From Eledone cirrhosa (Eukaryota): a stretch of 64,000 bases of DNA. A model generated the notes under the pieces. That model had not been told where the DNA came from. It did no database searches and saw nothing but the letters and a program-made list of their open reading frames with translations. This document shows, piece after piece, positions 50,284-61,189 of this stretch; the first letter of the stretch is position 1; each line of letters begins with the position of its first letter. The translations under genes and the position numbers were made by a program. The stretch lies in the NCBI GenBank assembly GCA_964016885.1, contig OZ024760.1:16430001-16494000 (forward strand), written 5' to 3'.

Positions 50284-52457
50284 TATATATATCTTTTTCT
50301 CTCTCTCCTATTCCAGGGATGTTCTCAGGCCTTGCTGTTCTGTTTGTCTGTGTCACCTTCTGTGTCCACACCTACATATTTGTCTGGGAAGATGACTGGA
50401 GACAGAATCTCAAGAATTATCTCATGTAAGGCACCCATTTATATATATGTATATACATTAATTAGGATTTTATAAGGTTGTCACAATCAATCGAAATATT
50501 TGATAAAACTGAAATTTATTCTATTATTACCAAATATAGAAAGGTCAAAGAAAAAGAGATTCTTTATATATATTTCTATACATTTCCACTTATTTTTTTC
50601 CAATAATCTTCAGTTTGTATGGAATTTTACTCCATACAAACTCTGAATACTGACCGACGAGGAGATCTCCCACCCTCCTTGAGGGTAAGTGAGAGAAGTC
50701 TTCTCTTGTGGAAATGGATATAGCTTTCATTATGTAAAATTTCCATATTTTTCCTTATTTCTCTCCATTTTTTGGGCACTTTTTTCCATGGTACTTCCAT
50801 TTGGATTTTTAGAAGTTGGCAGATCTAAACGAACACATGCACACACATACAAACACATACAAACACACAAACAAACAAATAAACACACAAACACACACAC
50901 AAACAAACACACACATATATTTACATATACAGTTGCAGTTCTAAGTGTGTTGTCTCTCCATCTTCCCTGACAGGTGTAAAGTAGAAGCTACAGTGACCAA
51001 CTTGACTACATCAGTCTGTGATTCCTTCTTTGAAAATAGACCCAACCTTATTGCTACTGAGATTCACATCTTCTCTTACTTTGGTGCTGGAATTGTGATG
51101 AGTTCTTGGTCTTGGAATAAAGCATCTCTCTCAGCCTGGGAACGATTCCTACGCAAGTATGGCTTCTTTTATTGTATCTATGTTTTTATATTGTATCTGT
51201 ACTATTTCTATATTGTTTTTATATTGTATCTGTACTATTTCTATATTGTTTTTATATTGCATATTGTATATATTTTGTCTCTATATTATCTCTACATTGT
51301 ATTTGTACTGTCTCTATATTGTATCTATATGGTCTCTATATTATTTCAATATTGTATCTATATAACATTCTGGCTTTGGGACTGCGTGGCTGTGTAAACT
51401 TATAGTATTATGACCATGTGACTATTTGACCTTGCAGTATTATGACCTTGTGGCTATTTAACCTTGTAGTATTATGACCATGTGGCTATTTAACCTTGTA
51501 GTATTATGACCATGTGGCTATTTAACCTTGTAGTATTATGACCATGTGGCTATTTAACCTTGTAGTATTATGACCATATGACTATTTGACCTTATAGTAT
51601 TATGACCATGTGGCTATTTGATCTTGTAGTATCATGACCATGTGGCTATTTGACCTTGTGTTATGATCTCGTGGCTATTTGACCATGCAGTATTATGACC
51701 TTGTGGCTATTTGACCCTGTAGTATTATGACCTCGTGGCTATTTGACCCTGTAGTATTATGACCTCTTCGCTATTTGACCTTGTAGTACTATGACCTCTT
51801 CGCTATTTGACCTTGTGGTTGCTTGAACTTGTGGGTTGTTTTACCATGTCTGTAGGAGAGGTCAGTAAACACACTGCTTCCATTGTAGGGTGTTCCGGAA
51901 ACCGTCCAGTCGTACAGTGAAGTTAAAAAGACACAAGATGATTGCCAAGGCATTTGCTAAAAGGAAGGAAATAAACAGCGGCCGTATCTCCATCAGTTTC
52001 TACAGCACACACGATGACCCACTAGGTAACCTATATCATCATTCATCATCATCATCATTTCATTTTACGTCCACTTTTCCCTGCTTGCAAAGGTGGGACG
52101 GGAACTGTTTCTGGCTTGATTTCTACAGCTGGATGCCCTTCCTAACACCAACCTCATTTACAGTGAGTGCTGGGTGCTTTTTTTGCCGTGGCACCTCCAC
52201 CACCACTTTGCAGTGGAATGATAGGGACTGGGGTCCCTATCATCTCATTTCTACAGCTGAGTAAACTGGAGCAATGTGAAATAAAGTTTCTTGCTCAAGG
52301 AAACAACACATCAACCGGTCTGAGAATTGAACTCACAACCTTTCGATTGCAAGGCCAATGCTCTAACCACTAAGCCATGTGCCTCCATATATATACTCTT
52401 TTACTCTTTTACCTGTTTCAGCCATCCGGTTGAGGCCATGCTGGGGCACCGCCCTTG

Positions 52458-52490
<33 letters not shown>

Positions 52491-52894
52491 CGGTGTGAGA
52501 ATTGAACTCACAACCTTTTGATTGCAAGGCCAATGCTCTAACCACTAAGCCATGTGCCTCCATATATATACTCTTTTACTCTTTTACCTGTTTCAGCCAT
52601 CCGGTTGAGGCCATGCTGGGGCACCGCCCTTGATATATATATACACACACACACACACACACCCGGTGTGAGAATTGAACTCACAACCTTTTGATTGCAA
52701 GGCCAATGCTCTAACCACTAAGCCATGTGCCTCCATATATATACTCTTTTACTCTTTTACCTGTTTCAGCCATCCGGTTGAGGCCATGCTGGGGCACCGC
52801 CCTTGATATATATATACACACACACACACACACACCCGGTGTGAGAATTGAACTCACAATCTTTCGATTGCAAGGCCAATGCTCTAACCACTAA

Positions 52895-52928
<34 letters not shown>

Positions 52929-54337
52929 TGGGGTCAATATAATAGGCTTTCTCCCACCACTCCCCAATAATTTCTGACCTTGTGCCAACATTAGATATCA
53001 TTATCATTTAACGGGGTCGATAAAATAAAGTACCAGTAATACACTGGGTAATTGCTGGCCTTGTGCCAAAAGCAGAAACAATTACCATTTATGTTTGTAT
53101 ATCTTTCAGGAATGAAGTTTGATTTAAACAGTATCAGCTCAAGAGATGTTTCGTCTGAGTTTGCTGCTAATATGCCAAAATTGGTCCGTAGACGTGGTGG
53201 CATGTTCCAACCCATGGCTGGAACCTTAAGAAGATATTCAGATTCTGGTGTGTATTTTCGTCTTCACACTTCTTCCTAATTCTTCTCACTTGTTATTTAA
53301 AACAAAATTTTGAATATATCACCTCTCTTTTGTTGTTTAACCCTTTAACATTTAAACCTGCCATATCCAGCCAGAATTCTCTCACCTCTTTCTATTCAAA
53401 CCTTCTGTGACCGGCTGCTCATATTGATGTTAATGTATTGTTCTCAAAATAAATACTATCAAAATCTCATAGATTTGATATTATGTGAGATAAAGCCTTT
53501 ACCGTGAAAATACAATAGTAAATATAGAGTAATGTAAATGCTAAAGGGTTAACTCCTGTTTAGTTTTGATCCAGCAGACAGATCTATGATCAACGATGTT
53601 CTATCTGTGATCATCCCATCTTTTACTCAGACATGGTGTATCCAGGACTACATTATTTAATGTGCCTTTTCTCTGAACTGACAATAGAAATACACGAATT
53701 TATTTTTATTTATTCTTTCAAAATAATGATTGTACGAATCTCTCTGTTTATACCAGACATTGGATCGGTGACATCTCGTATATTCTCCATGGAAAATAGC
53801 GACGGTGAGAGGATAGATGATGGCAATGACCCCAAACATAAGAAGAAGAAGAAGAAAAAGAAACGCGCTATGGCTAATAACCGTATTAAACCCCAGTTGA
53901 CCCCTCTGGTCCTAGCCATGCAGAGAGGGGCTCAAGAGTTCCTTCGTAATAGCAAGAGGCACAAACGCCGCGGTAGTGACACATCAGGCATTAGTCGGGC
54001 ATCTGCACAGAGTATCCATTTCTCCATAGACAGAAACAGCAGCGCTGATGCTCTGTCTATTTCGTCAATGAAACCAAACCCTGAAGTACACTTTCAAAAG
54101 AAGACAGAATCAAAACCTAAAAGGGTCACAAATTTTGCTATTTTCACTGCAAATTCTTTATTGCCAGGATCTGTGCAAGACACTGATGGCCCCCAAGGGA
54201 CAAATTTAGCCATGGCTGAAATGACCACTGGTCATTCTTCCTGTACACAGTGTGGTAGTCAAGGTGTATTCCCACCAGAAATAGCCATTTTTAACATCGA
54301 AGATGAAACCTCATCAACCACATCATCATCTTGTTGA
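42313..54337 (+). CDS. SMO: Smoothened (class F GPCR, Hedgehog transducer), 11 exons, 809 aa
   Basis: Exons 42313-42765, 44766-44978, 46708-46886, 47498-47717, 48870-48993, 49767-49859, 50317-50425, 50974-51156, 51889-52025, 53110-53247, 53757-54337. All introns are GT-AG with consistent phases; 2430 nt total. Signal peptide, [49 protein letters not shown]. Confidence 0.97.
44065..44745. repeat. 17-bp minisatellite
   Basis: Unit AATGTTGTTATTGTTG(C/T) repeated about 35 times, directly before Smo exon 2. Confidence 0.95.
44766..44978 (+). CDS. SMO: Smoothened exon 2 (linker, TM1)
   Basis: ttccag|[15 protein letters not shown]...LFTV|gtgagt. Confidence 0.95.
45317..45591. mobile_element. Fold-back element with long imperfect TIRs near (TA)n
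   Basis: AGAAACGCCTGATATCGT (45388) / ACGATATCAGGCGTTTCT (45532), plus outer ~43-bp imperfect inverted arms. Confidence 0.55.
46087..46673. mobile_element. piggyBac-type MITE with a nested SINE-tail insertion (~46284-46652)
   Basis: TTAA-CCCTTTAGC... resumes as AGTAATGTAAATGCTAAAGGG-TTAA after the insert. Confidence 0.75.
46708..46886 (+). CDS. SMO: Smoothened exon 3
   Basis: ttcag|[18 protein letters not shown]...GEPQPG|gtatgt. Confidence 0.95.
47498..47717 (+). CDS. SMO: Smoothened exon 4
   Basis: ttccag|[11 protein letters not shown]...MAGVVWFV...CLASSE|gtaagt. Confidence 0.95.
48074..48294. mobile_element. piggyBac-type MITE, opposite orientation to the 46087 copy
   Basis: Same body reversed; ends AAATGCTAAAGGG-TTAA. 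Confidence 0.75.
48870..48993 (+). CDS. SMO: Smoothened exon 5
   Basis: ttacag|[27 protein letters not shown]...MVR|gtaagt. Confidence 0.95.
49446..49656. mobile_element. piggyBac-type MITE
   Basis: TTAA-flanked; TIRs present. Confidence 0.8.
49767..49859 (+). CDS. SMO: Smoothened exon 6
   Basis: ttccag|(S)[30 protein letters not shown](G)|gtcagt. Confidence 0.93.
50317..50425 (+). CDS. SMO: Smoothened exon 7 (TM6)
   Basis: ttccag|(G)[35 protein letters not shown](M)|gtaagg. Confidence 0.93.
50974..51156 (+). CDS. SMO: Smoothened exon 8 (TM7, helix 8)
   Basis: gacag|CKVEAT...[40 protein letters not shown](K)|gtatgg. Confidence 0.95.
51385..51820. repeat. 32-bp minisatellite
   Basis: Unit GACCATGTGGCTATTTAACCTTGTAGTATTAT repeated about 13 times. 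Confidence 0.9.
51889..52025 (+). CDS. SMO: Smoothened exon 9
   Basis: ttgtag|[25 protein letters not shown]...HDDPL(G)|gtaacc. Confidence 0.94.
52040..52900 (-). mobile_element. SINE family B with a ~173-bp tandem triplication of its head plus flank
   Basis: CCGGT(C/G)TGAGAATTGAACTCACA recurs at 52315, 52490, 52663 and 52836. Confidence 0.8.
53110..53247 (+). CDS. SMO: Smoothened exon 10
   Basis: tttcag|[32 protein letters not shown]...RRYSDS|gtgtgt. Confidence 0.93.
53341..53548. mobile_element. piggyBac-type MITE
   Basis: TTAA-CCCTTT...AAAGGG-TTAA. Confidence 0.8.
53757..54337 (+). CDS. SMO: Smoothened exon 11 (C-terminal tail)
   Basis: accag|(D)[10 protein letters not shown]...[11 protein letters not shown]...KRRGSDTS...SSSC*. 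Phase fits exon 10. Confidence 0.85.
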
Positions 54338-54494
54338 CTGTAAATTCTTTATTGCCAGGATCTGTGCAAGACAATGGCAGCTCCTAAGGGACAAATTTAG
54401 CCATGGCTGAAATGACTCCTGGTTATTCTTCCTGTACACAGTGTGGGAGTCAAGGTGTATAACCTAAACCTCATCAACTCCATCATCTTGCTGA
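54146..54494 (+). repeat. Tandem duplication of the last ~190 nt of the Smo CDS into the 3' UTR
   Basis: 54146-54337 repeats at 54337-54494 with substitutions and a ~30-nt deletion. Confidence 0.9.
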
Positions 54495-54510
54495 TCTCCG
54501 TCCAAACATC

Positions 54511-54590
54511 TATTGGGTCGTCAAGTATGAAATTTGTAGGGAAAAAAAAAAAAAAAAATTTCTACAAATTTCATACTTGACGACCCAATA
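54511..54590. repeat. Perfect 29-bp inverted repeat (80-nt hairpin) downstream of the Smo stop
   Basis: TATTGGGTCGTCAAGTATGAAATTTGTAG / CTACAAATTTCATACTTGACGACCCAATA around an A-rich loop. Confidence 0.9.
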
Positions 54591-55819
54591 TTTCACCAAC
54601 TACATATTTCTTTCATTTCATTATTGATAAAATTTCATCTTTTAAAACATTAAAACATTTTACAAACAGTCGGTACCCTCGGGTCTCGAATAATCGTCCG
54701 TCCTCTCCATGCATATTAAATTTTGCTAATCTGTCTCCAGCCAAATTTTATTTTAAGTGGCAGCACTCCTGCAACAATTAATTTTCTTTATACATTAAAA
54801 AAACATTGTACATGACAAAAAAATAAATTTTATTACTAGAAATCCCATATTTTATAAAAATAAATAAGATGTGATGGGGTCTCAATATGTAAACTAAATG
54901 ACTAATTCTGTTGTTTTATTTTTAAATCGATGGAGACAGCCTAGAAAAATTACCGATTTTATAAGCTCACTACCCTATTATTTGGGACCCGAAAATACAC
55001 AAGATCAATCTCTAATCTCCCCCTACAGCTAGAAGTTGATGGTTTTTTTTTTAGAAAGATTTTTTGGGGTTGGGTGGTATTATGTTCTCTAGATCTGCCA
55101 AACTTGTTCCTAAACTGAACATGGTTTCAATACTTTCCCCACATGGTTTCAATACTCATACAAACTTCACTCCTTGCATCTAACCAACATTTCAGACAAC
55201 TGTCTCAGATTATTTTTATGTAACCTAAATTCATTTTAATTTAACACCCAACAACACAACCACTGAGAAAAAATATAAACTTGTAGTGCAAGTTTGGACA
55301 ATAAAAAATAACAACATCTATCTCTGTGTTTGTTATCTATCTATCTACCTATTTGTTTGTTTGTTCATCTATCATCATCATGTTTGTTTGTTCATCTATC
55401 ATCATCATGTTTGTTTGTTCATCTATCATCATCATGCTTGTTTGTTCATCTATCACCATCATCACCGTTTTACCTCCATTCTTCCATGCTAGCAGGGGTT
55501 AGACGGGTTGCCCTTTTGTGGGCAATGCCAGGTCAGGTAACCATTTGTATTCTCAAGCACACAATCACAGAGTTTTAGTAGTATATAGATTGAAATATAA
55601 AAGCGAAATGATTTCTACTAAAAATGTTAATTTAATTGAAAGAACTTAATGTATTATTCAGTAAATATCTACAACATTAATCTTTGCCAAGCAAAATATC
55701 TTCATGTGTTTAAAACTCAATGTATATATAAACTTTTAAAACTCTAATGAATAGGCTATGTATCCAGTAAACCCTAAAGGGACGCAACACATCGTTATAG
55801 CATTTCAACAGCTCCATCT

Positions 55820-56197
55820 GTTGTCTGTATCCGTTATGTATTTACGTGTAGATATGTGTGTATTTGCACTTCTGTTGTCTATCTGTTTATGTATTTGTGT
55901 GTGTATGTGTGGGTTTGCACTTCTGTTGTCTATCTGTTTATGTATTTGTGTGTGTATGTGTGGGTTTGCACTTCTGTTGTCTATCTGTTTATGTATTTGT
56001 GTGTGTATGTGTGGGTTTGCACTTCTGTTGTCTATCTGTTTATGTATTTACGTGTAGATGTGTGTGTATGTGTGGATTTGCACTTTTGTTGTCTATATCT
56101 GTTTATGTATTTACGTGTAGATATGTGTGTGTGTCTGGGTTTGCACTTCTGTTGTCTATCTGTTTATATATTTACATGTAGATTTGTGTGTATGTAA
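55820..56197. repeat. ~54-bp minisatellite
   Basis: TTTGCACTTCTGTTGTCTATCTGTTTATGTATTT... repeated about 6 times. Confidence 0.9.
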
Positions 56198-56667
56198 CTA
56201 AAGCGTAACGTACGTTAAGAATGGACGACTAAATGATTTTAACTTTTTTAACAATTGATGGTGGAAAAAATTTCAAATTGTCTTAACTCGGGCCGCAACT
56301 CATGGTGTCTGACACTCTTACCGGCTACATAGCCTCTTCCAAACTATTAAACTCATTATGCCGTCAGTGAATTTCCAAAAGACGTTTAAAAAATGTTTCG
56401 TTTTTTTTTCTTCTGTTTCTTTATGTCCTATAACTTAGTAGTTCGAAGAAAAGAGATCGAAAAAGTAAGTATTAAGAGGCAACAAAATCTCTTCAAAGCG
56501 GTGCCCCAGTATGATCGTAGTTAATTGAATGTAACTATTGATATTAAAGGAATAAACAAAAGCTAATCGTAATATACCAGAATAATCAGGGACAATAACT
56601 CGTACATTTCTGCACTTAAGAATACTCAGTTATCTTTCTTATATTTATCATGACGCCATATTCCTTA

Positions 56668-56867
56668 ACCCTTTAGCATTCTCATTACTCTGTATATACT
56701 ATTACATTTTCATGGTAAAGGCTTTGCCTCACATAATATCGAATCTATGAGATTTTGAAAGTATTTATTTTGAGAACAATAGCTTAACATCAGTTTGAGT
56801 GACCAGTTACAGCCAGTTTCAACAGAAAGAGGTGAGAGAATTTTGGCCGGTTTGAACACTTAAAGGG
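56668..56867. mobile_element. piggyBac-type MITE
   Basis: TTAA-CCCTTTAGCATT...; right end degenerate. Confidence 0.7.
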
Positions 56868-57128
56868 CAAGCTTTTGTAGTGTACAGGCCACATTGCTAT
56901 GCAGTGTCTCGATAAAAATAATATTTTGACAATATATTTCTAGGATATAATTATATGACATACAGGGTTAAATATATGAGTAACATTGAAAAAAATAATT
57001 ATTTATACGGACAAATGTAAGGTTAGAACCCAGGCCTTGGGATCGGAAAGCCAACTTATTGTAGCAACATGATTGAGACAGGAAATGCATTGTGTGTCTG
57101 TGCGTGTGAAAACTTTAAAGTTAAAGCT

Positions 57129-57163
<35 letters not shown>

Positions 57164-57273
57164 TGTGTGTGTGTATAAAAGGTAAACAAAAATAACAAAT
57201 GTAACACAGTACATGGAAGGAATATATTAGTTTAACGCTTGAAATAGCAGGAAAAGGGTCTTAACGTTTCGGC

Positions 57274-57387
57274 GGGGTGCTGAAAAGTTCCTTCCTTTGG
57301 GTAGAAGATACGGGAGGATCAGTTAATTATGATTGTATTAAACATATCCCCCCCCCCCCCGATTCACACAATTATTAAAACGGTCCT
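57274..57387 (+). mobile_element. Mariner-like terminal fragment
   Basis: GGGGTGCTGAAAAGTTC resembles mariner-family TIR starts (recognised from memory). Confidence 0.45.
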
Positions 57388-57847
57388 AGATTCCCTAAGG
57401 TAACAGGAACTTTTCAGCTCCCCTCTGTATGGCAAAAAAATAATAAACTCGCCAATATTATAATATCACTCGCGATGCCTTTTCTTTCCCTCTTACTTGC
57501 CTTTTTGTCACGTAGTTTCGTCTTGGTCTCTCTCCCCCTCCACATTTTTTTCGTGCCACTTAGAACCTTCCAAATTTTTTTTTCTCCAGGCGTCACCGTT
57601 TCCTGTGTTTGTTTGTGTGCGACTTTATCTCCGGGTCTTATACGCTTCTTTAGATATGTATTATATCACAACCGTCGTACATCTATTTCTCCGTAGGTAA
57701 GTTTATTCATTTTTTATTTTTATTGACTTGATACTTCTAGAACAATATTTGACTATTTTAAAAGACCCTGACCCTCGACTGACCAACAGTACCGTCAGTA
57801 AGGGGTCTAAATTGTACGCGTCCATTTTTGACGGCCGATACCCATAG

Positions 57848-57985
57848 CAGACCTGTCAACTCTCCCCGTTGCGGTGAGTGAGAGATGTCTTCTCTTTTGA
57901 AAATGGGTATAGCTTTCATTATGTAAAATCTCCTCAGTTTTGCCTCATTTCTCTCTGTCTGGGTTTTTAGAGGTTGGCAGGTCTG
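57848..57985. mobile_element. MITE with 13-bp TIRs
   Basis: CAGACCTGTCAAC/GTTGGCAGGTCTG. Related copy at ~50662-50826. Confidence 0.65.
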
Positions 57986-58656
57986 TCATAAAGTTTATTA
58001 TTGAATATTTTTTATATTTTATTGCCAATATCATAGCGTCATTCACAACGCACGCCTTTTCTCTCCTCTACTTTCGTTAAGTTGCATATACGCTGTGTTA
58101 TTATTAGTCTATTTTAGTCTAAGGGCGGTGGATTGGCAGTATCAGTAGAGCGTCGGACACCATGCTTAGCAGCATAGAGTTGCGCCCCTTTATGTTCTGA
58201 GTTCAAATCCCACCGAGGTTAAACTTTGCCTTTCATCCTTACGGGGTCGATAAAATAAAGTACCAGTAATGCACTGGGGTAATTGCTGGCTTTGTACCAA
58301 AAAGTAGAAACAATTATTAGTCTATTTTTCTGTATTCCACTTTCAAATTCCACCGCCGTTTTCTAATCACGTGATGTTTACATACACACATATATCCTTT
58401 TCTTTCCATTCTCTTAACCACCACCTCCTATCTCTCCTCTTCCTTACCTCCTCCCCCCACTCCTTCAATTCAGTACTTGTTATCTGCCCATTAAAATAAG
58501 CCCCCCCCCCCCCCCCATCCACCACCACTATTACCACCGCCAACCACCAGGAAACCCAGGAATATCAACGACTTACTGTGTCGCCTGGCATACCTGCTGA
58601 TTTCATACAAATTAAAGAGTTCTAGTCCTTTAGAAACCATTTCTATACTAAATATG

Positions 58657-58689
<33 letters not shown>

Positions 58690-58868
58690 GCTTAGAGTTT
58701 AGACTCAGAGAGGTAATTTATATATATATATATACACTTCTTATTCTATATATATAGATACATAAAAGTAAGTATGCACACACGCACACACACATATATA
58801 TATATACTTCTTATTCTATATATATAGATACATAAAAGTAAGTATGCATACGTACACACACACATATA

Positions 58869-59075
58869 TATGAAAAGAGTCAGGACCCCAACGGCTGAGC
58901 TCCGGCCGTTTCGACAGCTTGACCCGAGCGGTTCTAGCAGTTCGGATCTAGCTGTCGAAACGGCCGGAGCTCAGCCGTCGGGGTCCTGACTCTTTTCCTA
59001 TTACCCACTCTACTACCCTAAGTATCGAGTACTCTGGTGCGTTATGGTCCATCTGGTATCTTACCACCCCTTCTT

Positions 59076-59082
<7 letters not shown>
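58869..59082 (+). mobile_element. (TA)n-associated hairpin element
   Basis: ~58-bp inverted arms (58872-58997) plus a tail homologous to 16010-16090 and 21780-21870. Confidence 0.65.
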
Positions 59083-59124
<42 letters not shown>

Positions 59125-59147
59125 CTCTCTGTATTTATATTTATTTG

Positions 59148-59210
<63 letters not shown>

Positions 59211-59213
59211 TTG

Positions 59214-59305
<92 letters not shown>

Positions 59306-59328
59306 CTCTCTGTATTTATATTTATTTG

Positions 59329-59368
<40 letters not shown>

Positions 59369-59422
59369 CTCTCTGTATTTATATTTATTTATATATATAT
59401 ATATATCTCCTCTCTGTATTTA

Positions 59423-59464
<42 letters not shown>

Positions 59465-59477
59465 CTCTCTGTATTTA

Positions 59478-59522
<45 letters not shown>

Positions 59523-59525
59523 ACA
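59081..59525. repeat. (TA)n compound repeat
   Basis: (TA)n interleaved with TCTCCTCTCTGTATTTATATTTATTT. Confidence 0.95.
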
Positions 59526-59564
59526 CACATGGGTTATGGGAACATTAATAATAATGTTTGATTC

Positions 59565-59775
59565 GTTTGTAAACAAACGGCCCCATTTGAAGCTGTGCCG
59601 TCCCTGTGACCGGTCGTCGCCTGTTTGTTCAACACTGGCTTTGAGGAGCAACCAACATGTTCCTGGGTCATCACCCTTTATCAGGACTGTATTCCTCTCT
59701 GCCAATGTGTTGAACGCTTGAAAATATATAGTATTTTCTAAAGTATACATCGGCTGAGTCACTTCATTTGCATAC
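59565..59775 (-). mobile_element. Diverged homolog of the 1793-2092 element with a decayed hammerhead (59649-59689)
   Basis: Same order of blocks: TATGCAAAT, CTCAGCCG, TATA palindrome, CGTTCAAC, TGGCAG, hammerhead, CAGTGTTGAACAAA, GTTTGTTTACAAAC. Confidence 0.65.
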
Positions 59776-59835
59776 CACGCAATAAGAATTTTATTTCTCG
59801 CTCTAGCACAGCTGATACATAAAAGTAAGCAAGCA

Positions 59836-59886
<51 letters not shown>

Positions 59887-60269
59887 CACACATACACATA
59901 CACACCACACCACACATACACACACACACACACATACACACACCACACCACACCACACGTACACGTACACACATACACATACACATACACACACACATAC
60001 ACATACACACACACAAACACATATATATATATACTTTATATGTAGTAGTAATGATGGTGGTAGTAGTAGTAGAAGTAATAATAATGGTGGTAGTAGTAGT
60101 AGTAATAATGGGTGTAATAGTAATAATAGTAGTTATGGTGGTAGTAGTAGTAGTAGTAGTAATGATGGCGGTGGTGGTAGTTGTATAGTTGGTAGTATTA
60201 GGGCAGTGTTAACTAACAGTACCATTGCCACTACACCTACAACCATGTTGTTGGCAATATATCAACAAA

Positions 60270-60385
60270 AGCAGTCCTGGAATCTGGCCAACCATTCTTC
60301 ATCCGGGTATTATCCATCTTCCTTCATATTTCTGGCTTAAATTTTCTCCGCTTTTTCACATAACCTTGACTAATTGATGTAGCCA
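60270..60385 (-). mobile_element. Possible decayed pogo/Tigger transposase (CENP-B HTH) fragment
   Basis: LCEKAEKI*ARNM ... EEWLARFQ resembles the CENP-B-type EKA...GWL.RF motif. Contains stops and frameshifts. Confidence 0.35.
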
Positions 60386-60400
60386 CAAGTATCACACACA

Positions 60401-60432
<32 letters not shown>

Positions 60433-60490
60433 CACGCACGCACGCACGCACGCACGCACAGTGAGAGAGCGCGAGATATATGTGTGTGTA

Positions 60491-60527
<37 letters not shown>

Positions 60528-60614
60528 AAACAGATAACAAAGGACTACAATGAAGAAAAATATATATAGAGGGAGGGAGAGCGAGAGATATGTAGATATG
60601 TGTATTCTCCTCCT

Positions 60615-60731
<117 letters not shown>

Positions 60732-61189
60732 CAAATATTTATACTCTGCTACGTATTGAGTACCTTACTTACTGTGGTTATCCTCGATTGAACCCGGGGT
60801 ACACACGCACATATATGTTCTATCTAGAAAATAAATCTCGACACTACTCACCAGTATTGTGTTCATTCAGTTAATGTTTGAATGTTTTAAATACAAAAGC
60901 ATTTAAAAATCTCTCTCACACACACACACACTATGATATTAACTGAACAAATTGCACCACCACCACCACACCATTGATAACACTGTAACACATTACCACT
61001 CCACAATACAACCATACCATCACTCCACCACACAACCATACCATCATACCACCACACTACCATACCATCATCATAGTACTGACGATGTTACTATGGCTTG
61101 TAATTTAAACACAAAACCAGCAGCAAGTTTTGTTGAGAAGTAAAGTCGATGCTCCAAGTTCCAGTCCTCAAGGTTTTCTCCATTCCAAA

